Below the pieces are notes generated by a model. The model searched no databases. It was not told the DNA's origin and saw only the letters and a list, made by a program, of their open reading frames with translations. Of a stretch of DNA of 64,000 nt, positions 32,791 to 44,966 are shown piece by piece (the stretch's first letter is position 1; each line of letters opens with the position of its first letter). The position numbers and the translations under genes are program-made. The stretch comes from Calditrichales bacterium (GTDB lineage Bacteria > Calditrichota > Calditrichia > Calditrichales > J004), in the NCBI GenBank assembly GCA_965267575.1, contig OZ254086.1, positions 2,720,001-2,784,000 of the forward strand, in the 5' to 3' direction.

Positions 32791-33804
32791 ATGGAAGAAC
32801 TTCACGAAACAACATACCATCTAAGGTCTACGACCCCGCCTTTTCTTTTTTACGGTCCCAACGAAAAGAACATTGCACTGCTTGAAGAAAATTTTGATTT
32901 ACGTATTATACCGCGCGGCAGCAGTATTAAGCTGATCGGTACCTCCTATGAAATCGAAATTTTTCAGCAGATACTCTCGGAACTGGAAAATATTATTGAC
33001 AGACAAAAAAGTCTTTCCGAGCAGGATGTTTTAACGGCAATAAGGATATATAAAAGCAACACGCCTTTGGAAGCGCCACCAGCCACGGTGTCGATCGATT
33101 GGGAATTGCCGGCAGGCGAAATCTTACAAACGTTTACAAAAAGCATTAAAGCCAAAAGCGAAGGCCAATTAGAGCTTGTAAAGGCTATCGCCGCAAATGA
33201 CCTTGTTTTTGCTATTGGTCCGGCAGGCACGGGAAAAACCTATCTTGCCGTGGCAATGGCCGTAAGCGCCTTAAAAGACGGGAAAGTGAAAAAGATCGTT
33301 CTGGCCAGACCGGCGGTAGAAGCAGGTGAGAGCCTTGGCTTTTTACCCGGAGACTTTAAGGAAAAGGTAGACCCTTATCTGAAGCCGCTTTATGACGCCC
33401 TTTCTGAGATGATCCCCCGTGAGGCGCTGCGCAAATACTTTGATTACGAAACGATCGAAGTGGTGCCGCTTGCCTTTATGCGCGGGCGCACGCTAAGCAA
33501 TGCTTTTGTAATTTTGGATGAAGCCCAGAACAGTACATTTGTGCAAATGAAGATGTTCTTAACCCGCCTCGGCTACAACTCCAAAGCAGTTGTTACCGGA
33601 GATGTTACACAAATCGACCTCGAACCCGGAAAACAATCGGGCCTGGCCAGCATTTACAATGTTTTGAAGGACATTAAGGGAATCCGCTTTATTTATACGT
33701 CTAATGCGGATGTTGTCCGGCATACGCTTGTAAAAGATATAATTGATGCCTATGACCGTTTTACCGGAAGCAGTAAAAACAAGCACAAAGATAAAGACGA
33801 ATAG
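32791..33804 (+). CDS. phoH: PhoH-family ATPase (YbeZ-like)
   Basis: GPAGTGKTYLA, RPAVEAGESLGFLPG, FMRGRTL, DEAQN, GDVTQIDL. Confidence 0.95.
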   Translation: MEELHETTYHLRSTTPPFLFYGPNEKNIALLEENFDLRIIPRGSSIKLIGTSYEIEIFQQILSELENIIDRQKSLSEQDVLTAIRIYKSNTPLEAPPATVSIDWELPAGEILQTFTKSIKAKSEGQLELVKAIAANDLVFAIGPAGTGKTYLAVAMAVSALKDGKVKKIVLARPAVEAGESLGFLPGDFKEKVDPYLKPLYDALSEMIPREALRKYFDYETIEVVPLAFMRGRTLSNAFVILDEAQNSTFVQMKMFLTRLGYNSKAVVTGDVTQIDLEPGKQSGLASIYNVLKDIKGIRFIYTSNADVVRHTLVKDIIDAYDRFTGSSKNKHKDKDE

Positions 33805-33839
33805 CTCTCTTCGAAGCTCACCACGAGCCCTCGTGTTGG

Positions 33840-33868
33840 TTGATAAATCCGAAAAAAATGTCTACATT
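33840..33868 (+). promoter_or_regulatory. Sigma70-type promoter of the thiolase-secA operon
   Basis: TTGATA-N17-TACATT. Confidence 0.55.
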
Positions 33869-33903
33869 TTAAATCTTGTCTTAAAAGACTTTAGAGGCTC
33901 AAA

Positions 33904-35088
33904 ATGAATACCAGAAACGTCGTTATTGTAGCTGCCAGGCGGACGGCAGTAGGCTCCTTTCAGGGAGCATTTAAAGATGTACCCGCTACCCGTTTGGGAA
34001 GTATTGTCATAAAAGACGTTATTGCCAAAGCCGGTATTGACCCGGGGCTTATTGACGAAGTAATTATGGGCAACGTTCTGCCTGCTAATGAAGGACAGGC
34101 ACCGGCACGCCAGGCCGCACTGGGTGCAGGCCTCCCAAAGAAAACACAGTGTCTTACGGTTAATAAGGTATGTGGCTCCGGGCTGAAATCCGTAATGCTA
34201 GCCGCGCAATCCATCGCGCTTGGCGATGCTGAGATAATTGTAGCCGGTGGTATGGAAAATATGACCCAGGTACCGTATTACCTGCCCAACGCCCGTGGTG
34301 GCATGAAAATGGGCCATCAGCAGGTTGTTGATGGGATGATTAAAGACGGTCTGTGGGACGTGTACAACGATTTCCACATGGGCAGCGCAGCTGAGCTTTG
34401 CGCGCGCACCAGCAATATTTCGCGCGAAGAGCAGGACGAGTATGCGCAGCTTTCTTTCAAGCGGGCGCAGGAAGCGCAGGAAAAAGGGTTGTTTAAAGAA
34501 GAGATAACGGCTGTTGAAATCGCACAGCGTAAAGGCGATCCAATCGTTGTTGACAACGATGAGGGGCCCGGCCGTGCCAATTTTGACAAAATGAAAAGTC
34601 TGCGTCCGGCCTTTGAAAAAGAGGGTACGGTTACCGCGGCCAACGCATCATCCATAAATGACGGTGCGGCTGCTTTGCTGCTGATGTCTGAAGAAAAGGC
34701 CAAAGACCTGGGGCTGAAGCCGCTGGTTCGCATCGTAAGCCAGGCGTCGGCTGCGCGGGCCCCGGAAGAATTTACAACGGCACCAAACGACGCAGTTCGT
34801 AAAGCGCTAAAAAAAGTTAATCTTACGGTTAATGATATTGACCTATTTGAGATAAATGAAGCTTTTGCTGTTGTGGCGCTTATAAACAACCGTCTGCTGG
34901 AAATACCCATTGATAAGGTGAACGTTAACGGAGGAGCTATTGCTCTTGGCCACCCGATCGGTGCCAGCGGCGCCCGGATCCTTGTAACGTTGCTGCATGC
35001 TATGAAGCAGCGCAACGCTCGTCGTGGCCTGGCTTCGATTTGTATTGGCGGCGGCGAAGCTTCAACGTTGATTGTTGAATCGGTTTAA
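33904..35088 (+). CDS. Acetyl-CoA C-acetyltransferase (thiolase)
   Basis: NKVCGSG, NEAFA, GHPIGASG, CIGGG. Confidence 0.96.
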   Translation: MNTRNVVIVAARRTAVGSFQGAFKDVPATRLGSIVIKDVIAKAGIDPGLIDEVIMGNVLPANEGQAPARQAALGAGLPKKTQCLTVNKVCGSGLKSVMLAAQSIALGDAEIIVAGGMENMTQVPYYLPNARGGMKMGHQQVVDGMIKDGLWDVYNDFHMGSAAELCARTSNISREEQDEYAQLSFKRAQEAQEKGLFKEEITAVEIAQRKGDPIVVDNDEGPGRANFDKMKSLRPAFEKEGTVTAANASSINDGAAALLLMSEEKAKDLGLKPLVRIVSQASAARAPEEFTTAPNDAVRKALKKVNLTVNDIDLFEINEAFAVVALINNRLLEIPIDKVNVNGGAIALGHPIGASGARILVTLLHAMKQRNARRGLASICIGGGEASTLIVESV

Positions 35089-35097
35089 GGAATTACA

Positions 35098-35952
35098 ATG
35101 TCTAAAAAAGAAATTACTGTTGTTGGCAGCGGGACGATGGGTAACGGCATCGCCCATATTTTCGCACAAAGCGGATATGATGTGCATCTGATTGACATAA
35201 ATGACAATCTGCTTTCACGTGCCATGGATACAATCGAAAAAAATATGGCGCGACAGGTGAAGAAGGAAATCATTACAGAAGAAAGTATGCGCCAGGCGCT
35301 TTCACGGGTTCATCCGACGATGGATTACAACGTAGCCAAAGATTCCATTCTGGCGGTAGAAGCGGCAACGGAGAGGCAAAACGTTAAGGAAGATATTTTC
35401 CGCAGGCTTGACGATATCTGTAATGCTGATTGTATCCTCGCTTCAAATACTTCGTCGATTTCCATTACGGAAATGGCTGCTGTAACCGGTCGCCCGGAAA
35501 AATTTATCGGCATGCATTTTATGAATCCCGTACCGGTGATGAAGCTGGTGGAGATCATCCGCGGACTGGCGACGTCCGATGAAACTTTTCAGCGGGTTGA
35601 GGCATTGTCTAAGGAACTTGGAAAGGTGCCGGTTGAAGTGAACGATTATCCGGGCTTTATTTCCAATCGTATTTTGATGCCGATGATCAATGAAGCGGTC
35701 TATTGCCTGATGGAGGGTGTCGCCGGCAAAGAAGCGATCGACACTGTGATGAAGCTGGGTATGAATCATCCGATGGGCCCGCTGACACTGGCTGATTTTA
35801 TCGGGCTGGATGTGTGCCTGAGCATAATGAATGTATTATATGAGGGACTGGGCGATCCAAAATACAGAGCCTGTCCTTTGCTGAAAAAAATGGTTGCGGC
35901 CGGCTATCTGGGAAGAAAAACCGGGAAAGGTTTTTACGATTACGCGCAATGA
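35098..35952 (+). CDS. hbd: 3-hydroxybutyryl-CoA dehydrogenase
   Basis: [32 protein letters not shown]. Confidence 0.94.
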   Translation: MSKKEITVVGSGTMGNGIAHIFAQSGYDVHLIDINDNLLSRAMDTIEKNMARQVKKEIITEESMRQALSRVHPTMDYNVAKDSILAVEAATERQNVKEDIFRRLDDICNADCILASNTSSISITEMAAVTGRPEKFIGMHFMNPVPVMKLVEIIRGLATSDETFQRVEALSKELGKVPVEVNDYPGFISNRILMPMINEAVYCLMEGVAGKEAIDTVMKLGMNHPMGPLTLADFIGLDVCLSIMNVLYEGLGDPKYRACPLLKKMVAAGYLGRKTGKGFYDYAQ

Positions 35953-36398
35953 TGAAACGTAGAAAAGAACGCGAGTTTGTCTTGCAACTGCTGTATGCCA
36001 GGGAGATGAACGACCTGCCTCTGAACGAGCATTTTGAAACGCAGAAACAGTACAATCCGCAGGCGGCAACGCCTTTTTCTTTCGCCCTGGCGGAAAAATG
36101 CCAAAATAATCGCGACGCACTTGATGATATGATCCAGAGCAAGCTGCAGCATTGGGAATTTGAGCGGCTGGCCATTTTGGACCGTATCCTTTTGCGTATG
36201 GCACTGGCGGAGTTTATCTATTTTGAAGACATCCCGCCGGAAGTTACCATGGACGAGATGATTGAAATAAGCAAATCCTATAGCACGGAACGCAGCAGCA
36301 AATTCATCAACGGTATGCTGGATGCTTTGCTGAAGCAGCTAAAACAGGAAAACAAAATCTTCAAAACCGGCCGCGGCCGCGTATCCAAAGTGCTCTAA
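35949..36398 (+). CDS. nusB: Transcription antitermination factor NusB
   Basis: [30 protein letters not shown]. Confidence 0.95.
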   Translation: MMKRRKEREFVLQLLYAREMNDLPLNEHFETQKQYNPQAATPFSFALAEKCQNNRDALDDMIQSKLQHWEFERLAILDRILLRMALAEFIYFEDIPPEVTMDEMIEISKSYSTERSSKFINGMLDALLKQLKQENKIFKTGRGRVSKVL

Positions 36399-36402
36399 AA
36401 AG

Positions 36403-37116
36403 ATGACCATTGCGGTAATTTCTGATATCCACGGCAACCTGGAAGCGCTGGAAACTTCCCTGAAGTATATCGACGATGAAAAGGTTGAAAAAATTTATTG
36501 CCTCGGTGATGTGGTCGGCTACGGACCCAATCCCAATGAATGCGTTGACCTGGTAAGAAAACGCTGCGAAATCACTTTGATGGGCAACCATGATTATGCC
36601 GCCATCGGTCTGGCCAACATTAACTATTTTAATGACTTTGCGCGTATTGCCACATTCTGGACGCAGGAGGTACTGAATGATGATAATATGCATTTTTTGA
36701 AAACATTGCCTTTTAGCTATGAAGAAGACGCTTTTTCACTCGTACATGCTTCGCCGGTAAACCCTTCTTACTGGAATTACATTTTGTCACATGCAGAGGC
36801 GCGCAAGAATTTTGGCGCTTTTGAAACGGCTGTGTGTTTTATCGGACATTCGCATGTGCCGGTACTGTTCAGCGAGGACGAGATGACCCGTGATCTGAAC
36901 CGGCAGTTTGACGGGGAAACCAAATATATTGTTAACGTGGGCAGCGTCGGTCAGCCGCGGGACGGGGATTCACGTTGTTCGTTTGTCCTGTATGATACGG
37001 ATTCGCGCAAGCTAAGGCATATCAGGCTTGAGTATGATATCCAGACTACTTATAAGAAAATTACCCGGGCGGGATTACCCGTATTTCTGGCCGAACGTCT
37101 GCTGAAAGGGTATTAA
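36403..37116 (+). CDS. Metallophosphoesterase (calcineurin-like)
   Basis: [32 protein letters not shown]. Confidence 0.92.
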   Translation: MTIAVISDIHGNLEALETSLKYIDDEKVEKIYCLGDVVGYGPNPNECVDLVRKRCEITLMGNHDYAAIGLANINYFNDFARIATFWTQEVLNDDNMHFLKTLPFSYEEDAFSLVHASPVNPSYWNYILSHAEARKNFGAFETAVCFIGHSHVPVLFSEDEMTRDLNRQFDGETKYIVNVGSVGQPRDGDSRCSFVLYDTDSRKLRHIRLEYDIQTTYKKITRAGLPVFLAERLLKGY

Positions 37117-37130
37117 AAGAGAGGCTTTTA

Positions 37131-40094
37131 ATGATAAACGTTTTTAAAAATATTTTTCCTTCGCGCAATGAAAGAGAGGTTAAGCGCCTTTATCAGACCG
37201 TTGACCTGGTCAATGCCGAATTGGAACAGCTAAAAGATCTGAGTGACGACGAGCTTAAAGCCAAGACCGAAGAATTTAAAGAACGGCTCAAAAATGGTGA
37301 AGAGACCGATGATATTATGGTTGAGGCATTTGCCGTAGTTAAAGACGCCTGCCGCCGCCTGATGGGCAAAAAATGGAAAGTGGTTGGCCGAGAAATTACC
37401 TGGGATATGATACCCTATGATGTTCAGGTAATTGGCGCTATCGCTTTGCACAAGGGTAAAATCGCGGAGATGGCCACGGGTGAAGGTAAAACGCTGGTGG
37501 CTGTAATGCCGCTTTATCTGAATGCGCTAAGCGGAAAAGGCGCACACCTTGTAACCGTTAACGATTACCTTGCCCAGCGTGACTCGGAATGGATGGGCGA
37601 AGTCCTGAGCTTTCTGGGGCTTACCGTTGGCGTAATCCTTAATGATATGACGCCCGAGCAGCGTCGTGAAGCCTATAATTGCGATGTGACATACGGGACC
37701 AACAACGAATTTGGTTTTGATTATTTGCGTGACAATATGGCTTCCACGCGCGAGCACATTGTGCAGGTACGCGGGCACCATTACGCAATTGTGGATGAGG
37801 TGGACAGCGTGCTTATTGACGAGGCGCGGACTCCTCTGATTATTTCAGGTCCGGTGAGTGATTCTTCCCAGGATTCGTTTAAGGAAATGAAGCCGCATGT
37901 GGATCGTCTTGTGGGCGCGCAGAACCGGTATATAAACAGCATCATCCGCGAGGCAGAGGACCTGCTGAGAAATGAAAAAATGGGTGAGGCCGGACAAAAG
38001 CTATTACTGGCACAAAAGGGAGCTCCCAAAAACAAGCGCCTGATGAAGCTTTTCCAGGATGCCAGCCTGAAGAAACTGGCCCAGGAAGCTGAAAATAATT
38101 ACCTGCGTGACAAGGGCCAGACAAAGGCATCGGACGAGCATTATTTCGGCGATCTGTTTTATATCGTTGATGAGAAAAGCCATACAATTGACCTGACTGA
38201 AAAAGGGCGCATGGAACTTAATCCCAATGACCCGGAGATGTTCCTTATTCCGGATTTGGGTGAAGAGATTGCCTCTATCGAGAATGATGAAAACCTCAGT
38301 GATAAAGAAAAACTGATCAAAAAAGAAGAGCTGCACCGGATTATCAACGAGCGTGGCGAAAAGCTGCAGAACGTCGGGCAGCTTTTGCGTGCTTATTCCC
38401 TGTATGAAAAAGACCAGGAGTACGTAGTCCAGGAAGGCAAAGTCCTTATTGTGGATGAATTTACGGGACGTATTCTCGCCGGCAGGCGTTACAGCGACGG
38501 CCTGCACCAGGCAATCGAGGCCAAAGAGAATGTAAAGATTGAAGGGCAGACGCAAACCCTGGCGACGGTTACGCTGCAGAATTATTTTCGCATGTACGAC
38601 AAGCTGGCCGGTATGACCGGTACGGCCGAAACGGAAGCCGCTGAATTCTGGGAAATCTACAAGCTGGATGTTCTGGTAATTCCCACAAACAAGCCCATCG
38701 CGCGGGATGACCGCGAGGACCTGCTTTACCGGACCACGCGTGAAAAATACAATGCCATCATAGAAGAAATTGAGAGGGCCAATAAGAAAGGCCAGCCGGT
38801 TTTGGTGGGTACCATCACGGTGGATGTCTCCGAAACACTTAGCCGGATGCTTAAGCGTCGCGGCATCAGGCACAATGTACTTAACGCCAAGCAGCACGCC
38901 CGCGAAGCGGAGGTGGTGGCCCAGGCCGGTGAGCGTGGCGCTGTTACAATCGCTACAAACATGGCCGGACGCGGTACGGATATTAAGCTTGGGGATGGTG
39001 TGCGCGAGGCAGGTGGTCTTTACGTAATGGGTACGGAACGCCATGAATCACGGCGAATTGACCGGCAGCTGCGCGGTCGTAGCGGCCGCCAGGGCGATCC
39101 CGGTAAGAGTATGTTTTTCCTTTCCCTGGAAGATGACCTGATGCGCCTGTTCGGCAGTGACCGTATCTCCAATGTGATGACCCGCATGGGTGCTGAAGAG
39201 GGTGAGGTGATCACACACAAAATGATCACACGCAGCATTGAAAACGCGCAGAAAAAGGTGGAAGGACGCAACTTCTCTATCCGTAAACGCCTGCTGGAGT
39301 ATGACAACGTAATGAACCAGCAGCGTACCGTAATTTATGATCGACGTCGTGCCGCGCTTTACGAAGAAGACTCTTACGCTGTGCTGATGGAACTGCTGGA
39401 CGAGTGGCTGAATACTATCGTGCCTGTTTACGCGCCGGATAAAGCGCACTTTGAAGATTGGGATATGGATGGATTACAGCACGCCATCGAGCAGGTGGTT
39501 TATCTGGACTTTAACGCCATCCGCGATAAAGCACCCAGCCTGACAAGTGAAGGCCTGCAGGAGATTATCCGCGAGGCCATCGTGAGTATTTACGCGTTGA
39601 AGGAAGAGCGTATCGGCCGCGAGCGCCTTAGTGTCCTTGAGAGATATTTTATTTTGCGCGTAATTGATGATGAGTGGAAAGACCACCTGTACCAGATGGA
39701 TATGCTTAAAGAGGGTATTCACCTGCGCGCATACGGTCAGAAGGATCCGCTGATTGAGTACAAGCGTGAGGCCTTTGGATTATTTGAATCACTGATACAT
39801 CGTATTAACGAAAACACCCTTAACTGGCTGATAAGCCGCATGCAGGTGCAACAGCAGCCCGAGCCGGTAAATCGTGCTGAGAGACGCATGCAGCAGCAGG
39901 TAAAAATGGTGCATGAATCGGCCACAAACATGGGCTTCAGCGCCGATGCCGGGCCGCAATCCGATATCCAGAAGGCGGGCGAGCAGCGCGGAAAGCAGCA
40001 GCCTGTTCGCGTTGAAAACAAGGTCGGCCCGAATGATCCATGCCCCTGTGGCAGCGGCAAAAAGTATAAAAAATGTCATGGGGCCGTTGTTTAA
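37131..40094 (+). CDS. secA: Preprotein translocase ATPase SecA
   Basis: [32 protein letters not shown]-terminal SEC-C motif [13 protein letters not shown]. Confidence 0.99.
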   Translation: MINVFKNIFPSRNEREVKRLYQTVDLVNAELEQLKDLSDDELKAKTEEFKERLKNGEETDDIMVEAFAVVKDACRRLMGKKWKVVGREITWDMIPYDVQVIGAIALHKGKIAEMATGEGKTLVAVMPLYLNALSGKGAHLVTVNDYLAQRDSEWMGEVLSFLGLTVGVILNDMTPEQRREAYNCDVTYGTNNEFGFDYLRDNMASTREHIVQVRGHHYAIVDEVDSVLIDEARTPLIISGPVSDSSQDSFKEMKPHVDRLVGAQNRYINSIIREAEDLLRNEKMGEAGQKLLLAQKGAPKNKRLMKLFQDASLKKLAQEAENNYLRDKGQTKASDEHYFGDLFYIVDEKSHTIDLTEKGRMELNPNDPEMFLIPDLGEEIASIENDENLSDKEKLIKKEELHRIINERGEKLQNVGQLLRAYSLYEKDQEYVVQEGKVLIVDEFTGRILAGRRYSDGLHQAIEAKENVKIEGQTQTLATVTLQNYFRMYDKLAGMTGTAETEAAEFWEIYKLDVLVIPTNKPIARDDREDLLYRTTREKYNAIIEEIERANKKGQPVLVGTITVDVSETLSRMLKRRGIRHNVLNAKQHAREAEVVAQAGERGAVTIATNMAGRGTDIKLGDGVREAGGLYVMGTERHESRRIDRQLRGRSGRQGDPGKSMFFLSLEDDLMRLFGSDRISNVMTRMGAEEGEVITHKMITRSIENAQKKVEGRNFSIRKRLLEYDNVMNQQRTVIYDRRRAALYEEDSYAVLMELLDEWLNTIVPVYAPDKAHFEDWDMDGLQHAIEQVVYLDFNAIRDKAPSLTSEGLQEIIREAIVSIYALKEERIGRERLSVLERYFILRVIDDEWKDHLYQMDMLKEGIHLRAYGQKDPLIEYKREAFGLFESLIHRINENTLNWLISRMQVQQQPEPVNRAERRMQQQVKMVHESATNMGFSADAGPQSDIQKAGEQRGKQQPVRVENKVGPNDPCPCGSGKKYKKCHGAVV

Positions 40095-40867
40095 TGCCCC
40101 TTTCGCTGGAATATCAAAAAATAGGCCGTGGTCCCGCTGTAATCGTGCTCCACGGCCTTTTTGGTATGTCCGATAACTGGCTCAGCGTCGCCAAGACCCT
40201 GCAGGAGAAGTTTACGTTTTACCTGCTGGATCAGCGCAATCACGGACGCTCTCCCCACGCCGATACACATTCCTATAAAGACATGTCCGGAGATGTGCAG
40301 CATTTTATCGATCAGCACAAGCTGAAGGCGCCGCACATTCTTGGCCACTCGATGGGCGGTAAAACGGCCATGCGTTTCGCGCTGGATCATCCCTCGGAGC
40401 CGGACAAGCTGGTGGTTGTGGACATTGCGCCGCGGGCATATAAAAAAGGCTTTTTCGACGAATACATTTCTGCCATGCAAAATCTTGATCTGGCATCCAT
40501 GGAATCGCGCGGGGAAATTGAGCAGGCTCTCTCCGCAGAAATCGATATGGCGCCGGCCACGCGTAAGTTTCTGCTAAAAAATGTTTACAGAGATGATGAC
40601 GACCGTTTCCGCTGGCGGCTTAACCTGGATGTACTGTGCGACAACTTAGCCAATATGATGCAGGCGACCGAATCGGAGACAAATTTTGAGGGCGAAGCTC
40701 TATTTATCGGTGGCGGGTCAGGATATATCGCTGAAGACGATATGGGAGATGTGCGCAGGCTGTTTCCCCGGGCGCAATTCCGCGAAATTTCCGGTGCCGG
40801 CCATTGGGTCCATGCCACAAAGCAAGACGAGTTTTGCCGGTTGCTGTCAGATTTTTTAAGCCAATAA
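40094..40867 (+). CDS. Alpha/beta hydrolase, YbfF-like esterase
   Basis: HGLFG..DNW, RNHG.S, GHSMGG nucleophile, AGHWVH; ATG overlaps the secA stop. Confidence 0.9.
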   Translation: MPLSLEYQKIGRGPAVIVLHGLFGMSDNWLSVAKTLQEKFTFYLLDQRNHGRSPHADTHSYKDMSGDVQHFIDQHKLKAPHILGHSMGGKTAMRFALDHPSEPDKLVVVDIAPRAYKKGFFDEYISAMQNLDLASMESRGEIEQALSAEIDMAPATRKFLLKNVYRDDDDRFRWRLNLDVLCDNLANMMQATESETNFEGEALFIGGGSGYIAEDDMGDVRRLFPRAQFREISGAGHWVHATKQDEFCRLLSDFLSQ

Positions 40868-41037
40868 TCTTCTTTCCACTGCCAAATATTTCACAAAATC
40901 AGCTTCCATAAATTGCTGCTGTTTGTGTTGTGACTTTTAACACGCAGCTATTCCACGCAATTAATAGTTTTACCCACGACAAACTACGACCAACGATTTT
41001 GACTTAACTCGAAAAAACTAACGCGGAGGCCGCAATT

Positions 41038-43644
41038 ATGAGAATAGCGTTACGCACGGCTATATATATTTTTCTACCCTTTGTTACATTTTTGAATGCA
41101 CAACAGTTCGCTTCCCCAAATACAACGGACTTTGGACGATACGTTACAGTTGGTACCTGCTGGGGGGATTTTAACAATGACGGATATATTGATGTTTATA
41201 TGTCCAATGGCGAGCAGGGTTTTCAGTGGGAAAATTTTCTATATAAAAATAATGGGGATGGCACATTTGACTCTTTGGCATCTGCCGGTACTGTAACCAG
41301 CCACAGTTATACCCACGCGGGGGCTTCCTGGGGAGATTACAATAATGACGGTTGGCTGGACATGGTAAATGCTAATGCTTTTACACGCAATGTTGGAGGT
41401 TTTAGCGGCAACAGATCGGAGACAAAGCTTTATGTCAATGATCAGGACGAGACGTTTACGGAAGTTACATCACTTGGTTCGTTTGGTGCTGAGGCGACCG
41501 TTTCAAAGATAGCAGCGGTATGGGCGGATTTCGATAATGATGGCTTTCTGGACGTCTTGGAAAGTAACTCTACTTTTTTAGGTACGGGTAGTGCTTTTAC
41601 GGCATTTACGAATGACGCTACAGGTACAAATCCGACGTTTTCGTCCGAGTCGAACAATATAACCAGCCAGGGTACATCAGCGCGAGCCGGTCTGGTTTGG
41701 TGTGATTTTGATGAAGATGGCGATATGGATGTGGTAACACTTTCAGGTGCTGTGGCTCAGCATACGATTTTGTGGACCAATAATGGCACTAACTTTGACA
41801 GTACCCGAATTCTCGTCGGTGGTGGCAGTACCGGACCAAATTCGCAGTCAGCAACCTGGCTGGATTATGATAATGATGGTGATTTGGATATATACATTGG
41901 CTTAGGAGCCAATGACGATAGCAGTCCGCAAGCAAACCGGCTATTTCGTAATGATAACGGCACTTTAGTAGAAATAGTATCGGGTGTTGGACCCATTATT
42001 ACGGATACTGACTTGACTCTTGTTACGGTTGCTTTTGATTATGACAATGACGGTGATGTTGACATCTTTATGGGAACGGACGGTGGTACAGGAACAGTGC
42101 CGCCATATAATAATCGTTTATACGAAAACAACGGCAGTGGCGTATTTACGGAAAACACATCTACTCCGTTGGATGATGAAGGATTTGCCCGTAGCGGCGC
42201 CGTAGCTGATTACGATAATGACGGCGACTTGGATTTTATGCTTGGTCGCGAAGGTCCTAACTGGTTCTACAAGAACAATGAGATGGAAAACGATGGTACA
42301 AGGGGCTGGGCCGGTGTCTTGTGCCAGGGAAATGGTACTACTATAAATACAACCGCAATCGGTTCTTTGGTTAAGCTAAATGCAAGTCTCAATTCCTCAA
42401 ACTATACTCAAATTCGCGATGTGTCTGCTCAGACGGGTCGCGGATCGCATCATAGTTTTCGCCAGCATTTTGGATTAAGCGATGCAACTAAAATAGACCA
42501 ACTCGATGTATTCTGGTCTACCGTTAATACAACAACTTCATACACGGACCTGCCAATCAATAAAAACTATGTTTATGCTTATGGTGATTTAACCGCTACA
42601 GCCTCCACAAAAACAATAGACGGTTTTGTTTACCTTTTCGGTAATACGGGTGCAGGGGTTGAGCTTGAATCCCATGGTGATGCCACGGTGGAAACCATTA
42701 CGGCCACCAGAACCAATTCCGATCCCGGTGGCACGTTTAGTGGCTCCGCCACAGCACCGGACGCTTCTACCGTATCGCCAAACATTGTTGCCAGTGAGCG
42801 TTACTGGACAATCACAACCAGCTTGACCACCTTTACGGCGGAAGTGTATTTGGATATCACGGGTATTGCCGGTATCTCTAATCCTGATAAGTTGGTTATT
42901 ATGTCCCGGCCTAACTCCGGCAGCGCCTGGACGCCACACAATACCCTGCGTATAGGCAATACGCTTTATACCAACGCCAATTTGACGTCTTTTTCGGAGT
43001 TTGGTATCGGCGCCAATTCGAGCGATAACAGCCTGCCGGTGGAGCTTACCGCCTTTGCCGCCAACGCCGGTGATGGCATGGTTGAACTGAACTGGGCCAC
43101 ATCTTCCGAGCTGGAAAACGTTGGTTTTATTATTGAACGTGCCATGGGTGAAAACGGTGTTTACGAAGAAATCGCATCCTATAAAACGGACGACGCGCTC
43201 AAAGGTCAGGGCAACAGCAGCGTGGCCAAAGAATATGCCTACACAGATTACAGCGCGATGAATGGCCAGGTTTATCACTACAGGCTGTCTGACGTAAGCA
43301 CAAACGGTTTGCGCACGTATCATGGTACGGTTGAAGCGCGGCCGGTGCAGCTAATTTCCAGTTTTGCGCTGCATCAGAATTATCCCAATCCCTTTAACCC
43401 GTCCACAACAATAGAAGTAGATGTTCCTTCTTCGGAGACACGCGTTAAGGCCACAATCAGCGTTTACAATGCAGCCGGACAAAAAGTAGCTGACTTGTTT
43501 GCCGGCGAACTGCAAAGCGGCAACCACAGATTTTCCTGGAACGGCAAAAACACTTACGGCAAGGAATTGGGCAGCGGCATTTATTTTATTCGTCTCGCGG
43601 CAGGCAGCTTCAGCGCCAGTCGCAAGATGGTATTGATCCGCTAA
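41038..43644 (+). CDS. Secreted FG-GAP/ASPIC-UnbV repeat protein with T9SS-type C-terminal sorting domain
   Basis: Signal peptide; about 7 D(F/Y)xNDGxxD repeats; HFGL UnbV motif; LPVELTAF module; HQNYPNPFNPSTTI..SGIYFIRL..RKMVLIR. Confidence 0.85.
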   Translation: MRIALRTAIYIFLPFVTFLNAQQFASPNTTDFGRYVTVGTCWGDFNNDGYIDVYMSNGEQGFQWENFLYKNNGDGTFDSLASAGTVTSHSYTHAGASWGDYNNDGWLDMVNANAFTRNVGGFSGNRSETKLYVNDQDETFTEVTSLGSFGAEATVSKIAAVWADFDNDGFLDVLESNSTFLGTGSAFTAFTNDATGTNPTFSSESNNITSQGTSARAGLVWCDFDEDGDMDVVTLSGAVAQHTILWTNNGTNFDSTRILVGGGSTGPNSQSATWLDYDNDGDLDIYIGLGANDDSSPQANRLFRNDNGTLVEIVSGVGPIITDTDLTLVTVAFDYDNDGDVDIFMGTDGGTGTVPPYNNRLYENNGSGVFTENTSTPLDDEGFARSGAVADYDNDGDLDFMLGREGPNWFYKNNEMENDGTRGWAGVLCQGNGTTINTTAIGSLVKLNASLNSSNYTQIRDVSAQTGRGSHHSFRQHFGLSDATKIDQLDVFWSTVNTTTSYTDLPINKNYVYAYGDLTATASTKTIDGFVYLFGNTGAGVELESHGDATVETITATRTNSDPGGTFSGSATAPDASTVSPNIVASERYWTITTSLTTFTAEVYLDITGIAGISNPDKLVIMSRPNSGSAWTPHNTLRIGNTLYTNANLTSFSEFGIGANSSDNSLPVELTAFAANAGDGMVELNWATSSELENVGFIIERAMGENGVYEEIASYKTDDALKGQGNSSVAKEYAYTDYSAMNGQVYHYRLSDVSTNGLRTYHGTVEARPVQLISSFALHQNYPNPFNPSTTIEVDVPSSETRVKATISVYNAAGQKVADLFAGELQSGNHRFSWNGKNTYGKELGSGIYFIRLAAGSFSASRKMVLIR

Positions 43645-43666
43645 AGCAAGAATAGGACTGCTATAT

Positions 43667-43698
43667 AAAAAAAGCCCGCTAAATTAGCGGGCTTTTTT
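43667..43698. terminator. Bidirectional intrinsic terminator between convergent genes
   Basis: AAAAAAAGCCCGCTAA-a-TTAGCGGGCTTTTTT. Confidence 0.9.
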
Positions 43699-43724
43699 GT
43701 CTGATGTGTTTTTGAAACAGATAA

Positions 43725-44966
43725 TTAACGGGTGCGCAGGGTGCTAAAGTTTTGCCGTATATCCTCCGGCCATTCTCCGGTTACCTGGTACACAAGCAAT
43801 GAAAACGCAGCAACGAGTTCCTGTGCCTTGAAGTTGCAATGGCCATAACGCGGGATGAGTCTCGTCGTTAACAGGGCCGGGCTGGCTTGCGCTGCCTTTT
43901 CAGCATAAAGTTCGGTTTGGTTTGCCGGCACGATTTCATCGCCGGTTGTGTGCAGCATTATCATCGGCGAGAAAATACGCCCGGTGGTTGTATAGTTTTT
44001 GGAAATTTCATCCAATGCTTTTTGGTCTGCTTCAAAACGCTGCACGGAAGCATTTAAAAGGGCATCATTGAAAGAACCGGAATAGACACGTTCGCTGTTA
44101 TCGAAAGGATTGCCTCCGAGTACTTCACGCGCGTTGTTGGTGGCGAATACATTATACCAAAGCAAACCGCCGATCGTCTGGGCGATCGTTTCAGGCTTGT
44201 TGGGCAAAACCGGAGCTTTGGCGGTGCGCAACAGGGCGATTGTGCTAATCGGATCAGCTTCCACAGCTTTTTGCACGGCGGGCAAATAGGTGGTCTCAAA
44301 ATTATCGATCACTTCCTGGGGAATTTCTACGGCGCTGCCCGGTATAATGCCGGGAAAAAAGTAATCAAACAAAACACGGAAGTCGCCAAGATAGTTTATC
44401 TGCTCGGCGAAATCTCCGCTGGGGCCGCACAGGGAAAGGGCTCCCGCGAACAGGAAGAATTTCTTTTCCATAGCCAATGTGGTAATCAAGCCGCCTTCCG
44501 AGGCACCTATAAGATAGACGGAGCGGGCACGGCCCACCTGGTCGCGGAAAACGGTAAGCAGTTCTTCGATATCGGCAATGGCATCATTAACGATAAGGCC
44601 GTTTCGACGGTAGCTGGTTGTGGCAAAGGCGTAACCAAGATCGTTTACCAGGTCCGGAACATAGCTGCCGTCAACAGTGAGCTGATCTTCCGGAATGGCC
44701 AGAGGTTCTGTCTCCGCCACATAACCGTGTGCAAAAACCACAAGCTCGCGGTTCCAGGTATCGGGGATACAAATTTTAAATAAAGCGCCGCTGGGCTGCA
44801 CACCTTCAATACAGGTGCTTTTGTTTAAATGGGTTATGTTGGTTACCCGGATACTGTTTTCGGCCTCGGGAGCGGAAGGCGGTTCCTGTGTGCACGATGT
44901 AATAAAAATGACAATTGCAAGAAATAGCGCTGCCGGTAGCAGACGCCTTAGCTGCAGGTAGAACAT
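43725..44966 (-). CDS. Lipoprotein alpha/beta hydrolase (serine esterase/peptidase-like)
   Basis: SD AAGGAG before ATG 44966; lipobox ITSC; AHGY, GASEGG nucleophile, GDEIVP, YGHC. Confidence 0.8.
   Translation of the reverse strand: MFYLQLRRLLPAALFLAIVIFITSCTQEPPSAPEAENSIRVTNITHLNKSTCIEGVQPSGALFKICIPDTWNRELVVFAHGYVAETEPLAIPEDQLTVDGSYVPDLVNDLGYAFATTSYRRNGLIVNDAIADIEELLTVFRDQVGRARSVYLIGASEGGLITTLAMEKKFFLFAGALSLCGPSGDFAEQINYLGDFRVLFDYFFPGIIPGSAVEIPQEVIDNFETTYLPAVQKAVEADPISTIALLRTAKAPVLPNKPETIAQTIGGLLWYNVFATNNAREVLGGNPFDNSERVYSGSFNDALLNASVQRFEADQKALDEISKNYTTTGRIFSPMIMLHTTGDEIVPANQTELYAEKAAQASPALLTTRLIPRYGHCNFKAQELVAAFSLLVYQVTGEWPEDIRQNFSTLRTR

Noticed and set aside
38004..39044. 346-aa antisense ORF within secA
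   Set aside because: Shadow frame arising from codon bias; no recognisable domain.
41160..42240. Recurring GAT/AAT-GAT-GG motifs resembling an array
   Set aside because: Protein-level FG-GAP repeats with divergent DNA; not CRISPR.
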